A DNA stretch of 64,000 nt, from positions 928,001 through 992,000 of the forward strand of contig CAWIGG010000004.1 in assembly GCA_963835575.1 (NCBI GenBank), in the 5' to 3' direction. Below the pieces are notes generated by a model, which saw only the letters and a list, made by a program, of their open reading frames with translations, did not search any database and was not told where the DNA came from. The stretch comes from an uncultured Spirochaetota bacterium (lineage in GTDB: Bacteria > Spirochaetota > Brevinematia > Brevinematales > JAOACQ01). This document shows positions 39,522 through 47,875 of this stretch, piece after piece. Made by a program: the position numbers and the translations under genes. How positions within the stretch are numbered: position 1 is the first letter of the stretch; the number at the start of each line of letters is the position of its first letter.

Positions 39522-40778
39522 TTGAAAATATTTATCGAGACCGTCGGCTGCAAGCTCAACCAGTTTGAGTCGCAGGCGCTGGCTGAAAGTTTTGAAGGAA
39601 AGGACTTCCTGATCGCCGGAACGCTGGAAGAAGCTGATTTTGTTGTCGTAAATACATGCTCGGTCACAAACCGCGCGGATATAAAATCAAGGCAGGTGAT
39701 GAAGCGGGCGAAAAAGCTCGGTAAGAAAGTTGTCGCGACCGGGTGCTATGCCACGATGGACTATCTTGAGATAAAAAACGGCGATTACGCCGATATCATC
39801 GTGAAAAACAACGCGAAGTTTTCCATACCGGAGATCATCGAAGGCAGGATCCGGCTGGAAGAAGAGCTTTCGGAATTGAAAACCGCCGGTGAATTCCCCA
39901 TTGTCAGACAGTTTGAAAGGACGCGCGCTTTTGTTAAAATTCAGGACGGCTGCGATAAATTCTGCGCATACTGCAGGATCCCCCATGCCCGGGGCAGAAG
40001 CCGCAGCCTGGCGCCGGAAGCGGTCGTGAAATTTGTCGGAAGCCTTGTCGAAAGCGGATACAAAGAGGTGGTCCTGACGGGCATTAACATAAGCGATTAC
40101 CGTTCCGGGCCCGAACGCCTGTATGATCTTCTGATTAAAGTGCTTGAAATTCCCGGGGATTTCCGTTTGCGGCTTTCCTCGCTTCAGCCGGATGAATTTG
40201 ATGTCAGGATCCTTGAACTTCTTGATACCGGAAAGCTGGCGAACCATTTTCATCTTTCACTCCAGAGCGGAAGCAAAGGCGTGCTGAAGCGGATGAAAAG
40301 GGATTATACCCCGGAATTATTTTTAAGCATCACCGGTCAAATCAGGCAGTATGATGAAAGCTGCGGCCTGACCACCGATATCATCGCGGGCTTTCCGGAA
40401 GAGACAGAGGAAGAATTTGAAGAGACGGTCCGCCTGATAAAAGAAGCGGAATTCAGCCGGGCGCATATCTTTCCATATTCATCCAGGCCGCATACTGCCG
40501 CCGCTGTCTTTAAAGACCTGCCCGCTGATATTAAAAAAGAGCGGGTGAGGGCCCTGGAGGAAGAAGTATACAGGAGCGCCGCAGGTTTTATTGATAGGTC
40601 AGTTCTTGGAAGGGATTTCCATGTTCTTCTGGAAACACATGATAATGAAAAATGGACGGGCTATACTTCAAATTACATCAAAGTCCATACGCGATGTAAC
40701 GGACAGGAAAATACTTTCATAGATTTTACACCTTCTCAGATTGTCCGGAACGGATCTGTTCCGGAGCTGATAGACTGA
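39522..40778 (+). CDS. mtaB: tRNA t6A37 methylthiotransferase
   Basis: GCKLNQFES, NTCSVT..A, TGCYA, KIQDGCDKFCAYC.IP.ARG. Confidence 0.9.
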   Translation: MKIFIETVGCKLNQFESQALAESFEGKDFLIAGTLEEADFVVVNTCSVTNRADIKSRQVMKRAKKLGKKVVATGCYATMDYLEIKNGDYADIIVKNNAKFSIPEIIEGRIRLEEELSELKTAGEFPIVRQFERTRAFVKIQDGCDKFCAYCRIPHARGRSRSLAPEAVVKFVGSLVESGYKEVVLTGINISDYRSGPERLYDLLIKVLEIPGDFRLRLSSLQPDEFDVRILELLDTGKLANHFHLSLQSGSKGVLKRMKRDYTPELFLSITGQIRQYDESCGLTTDIIAGFPEETEEEFEETVRLIKEAEFSRAHIFPYSSRPHTAAAVFKDLPADIKKERVRALEEEVYRSAAGFIDRSVLGRDFHVLLETHDNEKWTGYTSNYIKVHTRCNGQENTFIDFTPSQIVRNGSVPELID

Positions 40779-40798
40779 CTCCGGCAAAACGTCATTCC

Positions 40799-40827
40799 TT
40801 GAATTTTATACTGTATAAACTTATAAT
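40799..40827 (+). promoter_or_regulatory. sigma70-type promoter
   Basis: TTGAAT-17 bp-TATAAT upstream of 40873. Confidence 0.55.
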
Positions 40828-40872
40828 ATTGATGTCAAAAAAACGTTTTTTTATAAAAAAGGGGGAGAGCAC

Positions 40873-41742
40873 ATGGATATTATCGCGACGATTAACGGCG
40901 AGGATATAACGGCGGAAATGCTGGATAATGCCGTGGGACGCTATATTGTCCAGCTTGAGGAAGATGAAGAAGCGGAATTTAAACCGACTAAAGAGAATTT
41001 GAAATATATTAAAACAGAAGTGCTGAATTTTTTAATTGAGAGGATCCTCCTTTTAAAAAGAGTGGAAATTGAAGGAATTGATGTTTCAAGGGACGCTATT
41101 CTGCAGAATATCCAGATCATCAGGAAGAATTTTGCTTCCGCCGAGGAATGGAATAACAATTTACTGGCTTTAAAGATCAGCGAGGACAATCTGTTTAATG
41201 AAATAAAGAAAGATATGATGATAGAAAAATTCCTGGATAATAATCTCGTCAATAAAGTTCAATTCGGAGAGAAAGAACTCCTAGACTACTATCAGGAAAA
41301 TGAAACAACCATGAAGGAGCCGGACCTTTTTACCTTTTATGAGGTATACGCCAATAATGCCGGGGAAGTCAAGAATGTTTACACTCTTCTGCAGAACAAT
41401 ACGGATGTCAGCGCGATGAAAGACGGGATAAAAAGCATAGGGCTTGAACTGCATAATCATACCGACATTCCCAGCTATCAGCTCCCCGAGGAAGTGTATA
41501 ATGTTCTTGCGGACCTGGAACCGGGGAAGATCGCTTCCATGCAGGCTTCGGACGCGGGAATGCTTGTCTATAAGATGATCAATAAAACGCCGGGAAAGAA
41601 GCTCGTGTTTGATGAAATCAAGGAAAAACTCGCCGATTATCTGATCAAGGCGTCAAAGCAGGAATTGATGGAGCATTTTGTCAGCGAGGAAATGGAGAAG
41701 GCGAAAATTGAATATAAGAACATGTCTTATCTGGAAAAATAA
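40873..41742 (+). CDS. SurA/parvulin-like chaperone (no signal peptide)
   Basis: IATINGEDIT, L..LIER.LLL, degenerate rotamase region, FDEIKEKL. Confidence 0.7.
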   Translation: MDIIATINGEDITAEMLDNAVGRYIVQLEEDEEAEFKPTKENLKYIKTEVLNFLIERILLLKRVEIEGIDVSRDAILQNIQIIRKNFASAEEWNNNLLALKISEDNLFNEIKKDMMIEKFLDNNLVNKVQFGEKELLDYYQENETTMKEPDLFTFYEVYANNAGEVKNVYTLLQNNTDVSAMKDGIKSIGLELHNHTDIPSYQLPEEVYNVLADLEPGKIASMQASDAGMLVYKMINKTPGKKLVFDEIKEKLADYLIKASKQELMEHFVSEEMEKAKIEYKNMSYLEK

Positions 41743-41763
41743 GAGATTCTTGAAAATCTTATC

Positions 41764-42117
41764 ATGAAAGCTCTTGATTTTATCGTTATTATCCTTGTTT
41801 TATTTGCCGGCTTAAGCGGGATAATTTACAGTCTGAATGGAAGCGGCGGTGATTTTATCCGGATCACATGCCCTGACGGGGAATACCGCTATTCTTTATC
41901 AAAGGACAGGGTTGTCCGTTTAAAGGGAGCGGCGGGCTTTCTCACGGCCGAGATAAAAAACGGCAGGGTCCGTGTCAGCGAATCGTCCTGCCCCTTTCAA
42001 GTATGCCGGGGCCGCGGCTGGATTTATCTGTCCGGCGACAGCATTGTCTGCGTTCCCAACCGCATCACGATAAAAATAACCGGGACCAGGCAGGATTTCG
42101 ATGCAATTACTGAATGA
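41764..42117 (+). CDS. NusG domain II-containing protein
   Basis: N-terminal TM; VSESSCP..VC...GWI...G..IVCVPN. Confidence 0.88.
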   Translation: MKALDFIVIILVLFAGLSGIIYSLNGSGGDFIRITCPDGEYRYSLSKDRVVRLKGAAGFLTAEIKNGRVRVSESSCPFQVCRGRGWIYLSGDSIVCVPNRITIKITGTRQDFDAITE

Positions 42118-42646
42118 CATCCGGAATTATTATAAGCTGACGCTTGAAAGAAAAATCTATCTCATCGCTTTTCTTGCCGCCCTGTCGGGCATCTTTTCCG
42201 TCCTGGACGCGATGATCCCGAAGCCCATCCCTTTTGTCAAAATAGGCATTGCCAATATTGTCAGCCTCATCCTTGTCCGGGAAGACAAACTTCTTCTGGC
42301 CCTGAATGTGGCGGTTTTAAGGACAATTGTTTCATCCCTCTTTATCGGGACTTTCCTTTCCTATACGTTTCTCCTCAGCTTTACCGGGGCGGTTGTGTCC
42401 CTTCTATTTATGTGGCTGTTTTTCAAAATTTTCGGGAAAAATCTGTCCGAAGTCGGGCTTTCGGTGATCGGGGCCTTTTTTAACACAGCGGCGCAGGGGC
42501 TTCTGGTCTTTCTCTTCTGGAGCTACGACAGAGGAACGCTATTTCTTGTCTCCATTCTGATCCTGGCAAGCCTTGTGAACGGCATTATCATCGGCTTTCT
42601 GGCGAAAATGTTTTATAAAGAGGCGGAGAAAATTCCCACTGAATAA
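42101..42646 (+). CDS. Gx transporter / heptaprenyl diphosphate synthase component I family
   Basis: P.PIPFVKIGIAN, LS..GA, SVIGA..N..Q; usual partner of NusG-II genes. Confidence 0.85.
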   Translation: MQLLNDIRNYYKLTLERKIYLIAFLAALSGIFSVLDAMIPKPIPFVKIGIANIVSLILVREDKLLLALNVAVLRTIVSSLFIGTFLSYTFLLSFTGAVVSLLFMWLFFKIFGKNLSEVGLSVIGAFFNTAAQGLLVFLFWSYDRGTLFLVSILILASLVNGIIIGFLAKMFYKEAEKIPTE

Positions 42647-42647
42647 C

Positions 42648-42990
42648 TTCACCACCACAAAGAGCACTAAGAAACACCAACTGGAGTTATACCTTTCTTT
42701 ATTGTTTAATTTAATATTTTGATCAGTATTTCTTTGTTCTAATATCCGATTGTTCACGCGGATTAACGCGGATTAGGTGGATTTCATAGGATTTAGTTTT
42801 ACTCAAAGCCGCCTTTACACTTTTGCCCGGCGCATCATCTTATGCAGATGATTAGTAATTGGGATTGATTGTGGGCTGTGCCCGGTAGACAAGGAATTTT
42901 AATATAGAATTCTTGAATAATTTATAAAAGCTGTTTTGCAGAACCCAATTGAGCAGGATGGGCAGGATTTGGAAGGATAAACAGGATTAT
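42648..42990. repeat. cluster of degenerate ~9-mer repeats
   Basis: cacaaagagcactaagaaacac; cacgcggattaacgcggatt; caggatgggcaggatttggaaggataaacaggatt. Confidence 0.6.
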
Positions 42991-43005
42991 GGATATTTAA
43001 ATTGT

Positions 43006-43035
43006 TTGCATACGATGGGGTGAAAGGAGTATAAT
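43006..43035 (+). promoter_or_regulatory. sigma70-type promoter facing the cassette (Pc-like)
   Basis: TTGCAT-18 bp-TATAAT, 40 bp before the GTT core site. Confidence 0.55.
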
Positions 43036-43119
43036 GTTTAGGAAGTAAATTGATATTAGTAGCGTATATTAATAGTTCTACGCCATGCCACACGAATTAT
43101 AATAAAAAGGAGTAAATTT

Positions 43120-43911
43120 ATGAATAAGCAAATATTGCCAATTCTTATAGCTTATTATTCATTTTTATTTGGTTCATCAATAACAATATTTAAAGATTAT
43201 ATTCAAAAGCATGTTTTTACATTTTTTATTGTTGTTTCAATACTTTGTATAATACCTTTGTTCGTTTTTATTCTTATTAAATTATCTGCTTCATTCGCAA
43301 AATTATTTAGAATTTTATTATTTTACTCTCTTAAAATAAATACATTTTCAATAATAGGTATCTCTGTATTATTATTCTTTTGTGTTTTAATGACAATTAA
43401 TTATTTGAATAAATATTTAAATATTGATCTTATTAATTTTAATATCATTATTCTTAATATCATTTTTATTTTATATTTTATATTTTTTATAAATAAAAAA
43501 ATAAGATTTTTTGAACCTAAAGGACTTCTAATTCAAGAATTTGGTCATATTGAAATATATCTATATCATAAAGGAAAATTACGACACATACCAGATCCAC
43601 CAACTTTACAACTGCTTGGTTATTCAATAAAAGATGTAAATGTAATACCTCATCAAGAATATATTAAATATAAACTTGATTCACCTTTAGAAAGTATTTA
43701 CTCAGTAAAATTTGTTACAATAAATGGAAGACCTGAAATATACATGATAATAAATGGAGAAAAAAGACATATACCAGATGTTGTTACTTTTGATTGGATT
43801 AAAAATGTACGTTCTGAAAAAAGAATTGACAATACATTAGAACCGATTTTAGAAGATAGATTAAATCAATGGAAAACTGGCAAACCATTAAAAAGTTTAA
43901 TCCAGGATTAA
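43120..43911 (+). CDS. hypothetical 4-TM membrane protein with duplicated C-terminal domain
   Basis: AAGGAG RBS; extremely AT-rich; repeats IYLYHKGKLRHIPD / IYMIINGEKRHIPD. Confidence 0.8.
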   Translation: MNKQILPILIAYYSFLFGSSITIFKDYIQKHVFTFFIVVSILCIIPLFVFILIKLSASFAKLFRILLFYSLKINTFSIIGISVLLFFCVLMTINYLNKYLNIDLINFNIIILNIIFILYFIFFINKKIRFFEPKGLLIQEFGHIEIYLYHKGKLRHIPDPPTLQLLGYSIKDVNVIPHQEYIKYKLDSPLESIYSVKFVTINGRPEIYMIINGEKRHIPDVVTFDWIKNVRSEKRIDNTLEPILEDRLNQWKTGKPLKSLIQD

Positions 43912-43939
43912 TATAGGTGTCGCACGGCGTAGAACACGG

Positions 43940-45617
43940 GAGTCTGTCGCAAAAGCTGCCGAATGAATCAGCAATGTCCTATTGAAAATGGCTTTTTTAA
44001 AATTTTATAACTTTCTCGGGTAATATGATCATTCAGTCCGGATTTTAACTGTATCTCCTGCCCCTAATCCTACAATTTAATCCCCAAAGCCGCCATTTTC
44101 CTGAAATTGTACGCAATGCAGACCATATGCCAGATAGTGTTTACACTATCCAGACCGCGGTAGTAAAACCTTCCGAAGTTGAAGTATTCTTTTATCGTCC
44201 CGAAAATGTGCTCGATCAGGCAGGCACGCTCATTGTAAGTTCTTTTACCTTCAATACTCCTAAGCTTTTCCTTCATCTTGCGCCTTAATTCAACCGTTTC
44301 AAAATATTCATACTTTACATTAAACCGTTTGTTTTTTAATGCTTCCAGCTTACCGGCGCAATTTGAAAGCAGCTTGCACTTCCTGCACAACTCGCGCTTT
44401 GGATAGAAACGGTAATTCTTGACTCCCCGATCATTATAAGCTCTTTCCGCGCACATAATCTGGCCTCCGGGGCATTTGATTTTCCTGATATTACCGTCAA
44501 TTATTAATTCACAGTCTTTGGATGTTATTTTATCCTTGTTCTTTCTCTTTTTCGGACTTCCGTCTTCTTCTTTTCCTTCGGGGATATAAAGGTCGATCTT
44601 TTTATCTTCACCGTATTGGATATTATCCGATGTGAAATATCCGGCGTCCAGCGTGAACTTTGTGTCTTCCTTCGGCTCTTCCTGGTGATCCATTACTTCC
44701 TCTATCATCGGGACAGCAAGGTTACGGTCGCTTGCGCAGTCTGATACCATCGCGCCCGTGAGAAATTCATTTTTACTGTCAACGGCGGCCTGGCAATTAT
44801 ACCCGGGGCCGATTGATCCGTTATTCATTTTCATTAACCTGGCGTCTTTGTCTGTCAGGTTTACGCTTTCCGTTTCGTCTAAATTCCTGTCCTCAACTGT
44901 TTTCAGAAATTTATCTATCCCGGATTTCTGCTGTTCAAACTTCTTGAGTTTATTTGCCATCCTTTTGGAATATTTATCATCGGTATTGCTGTTCACCGTT
45001 TCCTGGAGGATTTTTAAGATCTTTTCCTCGATTTTATCCTTTTTATCCCGGAATTCCTTCGCATTCCCCGTGAAATTCCTGTTGGCCGATGCCTTTATCT
45101 TTGTACCGTCTATAGCTTCCAGTTCATAACTGATAAAACCCGATTTCGCCAGAATGTATACCATTTTCCCGAAAATACTAACGATCTCATCCAGGTATTT
45201 ATTGATAAATCTACAGATATTACTGTGGTCAACGGTGGTATTTCCCGCGAGATAAATCGTGTTCAGGTCGTTTTTCATCCTTTTTTCTATTTTACGTGAA
45301 GTGTAAATACCGGACGCGAAGCTGTAAAAAAGGACTTTCAGCATCATTGTAGGGTTGACCGCTTTTGCTCCCGTTGTTTGATTCCGCAGTTTAACGGCAA
45401 ATTCAGCGGGGGAAATATAGCTCTCAACATAATCGTCAATGACTTTGACCAGCGGATTGTTTTCCCTGATTTTGTCGGGATCGACGGTCAGCCAGTAGAT
45501 TTGATCGCGAATATATTTTTTGAATTTCCCCAGCATTTGACACCTCTTAAATATGGTTTTATTATATTCTATCGTAAGTTATGAAAAATGTACATGAAGA
45601 GCTTTTGCGACAGACTC
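43940..45617 (-). mobile_element. IS1182-family insertion sequence, 1678 bp
   Basis: perfect 18-bp IR GAGTCTGTCGCAAAAGCT / AGCTTTTGCGACAGACTC; ACGG duplicated at 43936-43939 and 45618-45621. Confidence 0.95.
44070..45536 (-). CDS. IS1182-family transposase
   Basis: P.MMLK.L.Y....G..SR.IE, IDGTKIKA.A, TD.DARLM, YN.Q, DAGY, IEHIFGTIK. Confidence 0.95.
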   Translation of the reverse strand: MLGKFKKYIRDQIYWLTVDPDKIRENNPLVKVIDDYVESYISPAEFAVKLRNQTTGAKAVNPTMMLKVLFYSFASGIYTSRKIEKRMKNDLNTIYLAGNTTVDHSNICRFINKYLDEIVSIFGKMVYILAKSGFISYELEAIDGTKIKASANRNFTGNAKEFRDKKDKIEEKILKILQETVNSNTDDKYSKRMANKLKKFEQQKSGIDKFLKTVEDRNLDETESVNLTDKDARLMKMNNGSIGPGYNCQAAVDSKNEFLTGAMVSDCASDRNLAVPMIEEVMDHQEEPKEDTKFTLDAGYFTSDNIQYGEDKKIDLYIPEGKEEDGSPKKRKNKDKITSKDCELIIDGNIRKIKCPGGQIMCAERAYNDRGVKNYRFYPKRELCRKCKLLSNCAGKLEALKNKRFNVKYEYFETVELRRKMKEKLRSIEGKRTYNERACLIEHIFGTIKEYFNFGRFYYRGLDSVNTIWHMVCIAYNFRKMAALGIKL

Positions 45618-45890
45618 ACGGCGTTTGCGCTGCGGTGCGTGCTCGTAAACTGCGCGCGCTCCTCGTTGTTATGATAAAAGCAACGAAAAAGAAACTTGAT
45701 GGTTCGCCCTTAAGGTTTAAATAAATAGTTTTGAACAATGATGATATTCACCTGACATCGAGCCGGTCCTGAAATCACTAAAATCCGCTTACAATTGGGT
45801 TTAAAAAAACAGCTTTAATTTAATTTTCAAAAATGATGTCTTTTGTATTTCAGGCGTAGCCCACATCCTTTTCAATTTCCGTGCCCTGGA

Positions 45891-46043
45891 GTTTACCCTG
45901 AGCGAGCGCAACGAGTCGAAGGGTGCAATTCTGTGGCTATACCCCTTTTAGTTCCCCTTCGTGTCTTCCCTTCCTGTTAAATTTCCCCAGTTGGTGCTTC
46001 TTTGTGCTCCCTTCGATACGCCCTATCGGGTTACTCAGGAACC
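45891..46043. repeat. REP-like inverted pair
   Basis: CCTGAG...TCGAAGGG / CCCTTCGA...CTCAGG. Confidence 0.6.
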
Positions 46044-46070
46044 GGCGCGGGGTGAAAATCTGCCTATTAA

Positions 46071-47838
46071 TGGCCCTACTGCAAAAACAATCCTACCGAT
46101 TCATGTACAAAAGTTGCATAACTCGTTATAATATATGCACATGAATCAGAGAGAGGTCAAAATGTTCAAGCTGAATCAGAGACATATAGAACAGGATTTA
46201 TATCCGGTAAGATATGAAATGAACCAGGAAATGAGAGAAAGTTTAAATGAAAGCTGGGCCGGGCTTTTTTACCAGAAAGTTTTCTCAAAAATAAATGAGC
46301 GGAAGTTTGCTCCACTATATGACCCAAAACTTGGTAGGAGTAATTTCCCGGTCAACATATTAGCCGGGCTGGAAATCATGAAAGAGCTATTCTCTCTGAC
46401 CGATGAACAGTTGTTTGAGCGGTATCGATATGATTTATCGTTTCGATACGCGCTGGGATTGGAAGACATCAACGCGCAGCAGATGTCGATCAGGACGTTA
46501 TACTATTTTCGTGCCGCTGTGGCGGAGAATCAGGACGGGCTTTTTGACGTTATATTTGATGAGTTTCGGGATCTTTTAATTGGAGAGGTCGGGATCAAAA
46601 CCGGACTGCAGAGGACAGATTCTGTAATGATTGGGGCCAATATCAAGCGGCTGAATCGGGTTATGCTGTTTCATAAAGTGTTGTCCAATATGGCGGAAGA
46701 TGTTTCCAATGCTGGATTTTCCTTAAGTGAAAGATGTAAGGATTTTCTAAAACAAAATGAGGACGGATTCAGTTATCGACTGAAAAAGGAGAATTACGAA
46801 TCGAAAACGGTGGAAATTGGCGAGGAAATATTCGGGCTGATTACAGAGAACGTGTTTCACAATAAAGTCAGGAAACAAAAGAGTTTCCGGCAGGCAATGA
46901 GACTTTTGCGGGAACAATGCCGGATAGAAAAAGAAGGCAAGGTGACGCTGAAGCTGCCGCGGGAAATCAAAGCCTCATCGATGCAGTCGCCGGTGGACGA
47001 AGACGCGACCTACCGGGAGAAGCGGGGAAAACAGTATGTCGGGTATAAGGTGAACGCGGTTGAAACCTGTGACCCTCAAAATCCGATGCAGGTGATTACC
47101 AGCATAGAAACCGCATCAAATAATGCTGACGATGGGGATTTATTCCGCAGGCAACTATCTAATTTAAAAAAGGAAACGAATATTGAAACAGCGATAAGCG
47201 ATGGCGGTTATAATTCTGAAGACCTTCGGAATGAGAGCGGCGAAGACGTTCAACTGGTAATGAGCGCGATACGCGGCGTCGATCTGGAAGGGATAAAAAA
47301 CAAAGCGAAACTTTCTGAGTATACAGACCCAAAAACCGGCAAATATGGGATGTGTCCGGCGGGAGAAATCCCGAATAGCATTATTGAAAATGAAGATGGT
47401 TCCGTGGTATTGAATTTTGATGTAAAAAAATGTGCCGCCTGCGATAAGAAAGAAAATTGTCTGGCCTGTGTCGGCAAGAAGCAAAGTCGGCTGGTAATAG
47501 ACGCCAAAAGGGAATGGATGGATGAATTTTTGGAATTGATATGTATGGATGCAGGAAAATTTCTGATGGGACTACGCCCTGCCGTAGAAGGATTGATGAG
47601 TTTATTGAAACCAAAGTATTTGAGCGGCAGGATTTTGTTCCGTGGTCTGGTAAAAGTCAAAACCCGCATGCTTTTAAGGGGAATCGGGATTAATTTCAAG
47701 AGATATCGGGGCTATTTGGCTGATAAATCGAAGGCTGCCGCCGACATGGCCTTTGATTTCTTAATCTTTTTCCTTGTGCGGTTGAAAATTTGCCGGAATA
47801 TCCCCTATGCTTGTGTTTGAATTTTTTCAGCAGGGCCA
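46071..47838 (+). mobile_element. DDE insertion sequence, copy 2 (same as 6679-8446)
   Basis: same ends, length and translated protein; TTAA on both flanks. Confidence 0.93.
46162..47820 (+). CDS. transposase (identical protein to copy 1)
   Basis: ORF track translations are identical. Confidence 0.9.
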   Translation: MFKLNQRHIEQDLYPVRYEMNQEMRESLNESWAGLFYQKVFSKINERKFAPLYDPKLGRSNFPVNILAGLEIMKELFSLTDEQLFERYRYDLSFRYALGLEDINAQQMSIRTLYYFRAAVAENQDGLFDVIFDEFRDLLIGEVGIKTGLQRTDSVMIGANIKRLNRVMLFHKVLSNMAEDVSNAGFSLSERCKDFLKQNEDGFSYRLKKENYESKTVEIGEEIFGLITENVFHNKVRKQKSFRQAMRLLREQCRIEKEGKVTLKLPREIKASSMQSPVDEDATYREKRGKQYVGYKVNAVETCDPQNPMQVITSIETASNNADDGDLFRRQLSNLKKETNIETAISDGGYNSEDLRNESGEDVQLVMSAIRGVDLEGIKNKAKLSEYTDPKTGKYGMCPAGEIPNSIIENEDGSVVLNFDVKKCAACDKKENCLACVGKKQSRLVIDAKREWMDEFLELICMDAGKFLMGLRPAVEGLMSLLKPKYLSGRILFRGLVKVKTRMLLRGIGINFKRYRGYLADKSKAAADMAFDFLIFFLVRLKICRNIPYACV

Positions 47839-47875
47839 TTAATAAGCTCTTATAAAAAATTTGTTCAATTTTAGT

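Larger units (their letters stand above)
43075..45668 (+). mobile_element. integron-like gene cassette with IS-interrupted, apparently truncated attC
   Basis: GTTCTACGCC (43075) and its exact complement GGCGTAGAAC (43926) bracket one AT-rich ORF; GC-rich hairpin continues at 45618-45665. Confidence 0.65.

Noticed and set aside
6679..47838. 41-kb composite transposon formed by the two identical IS copies
   Set aside because: Each copy has its own TSD (TTTA versus TTAA), the outer flanks do not match, and the interval holds core genes.
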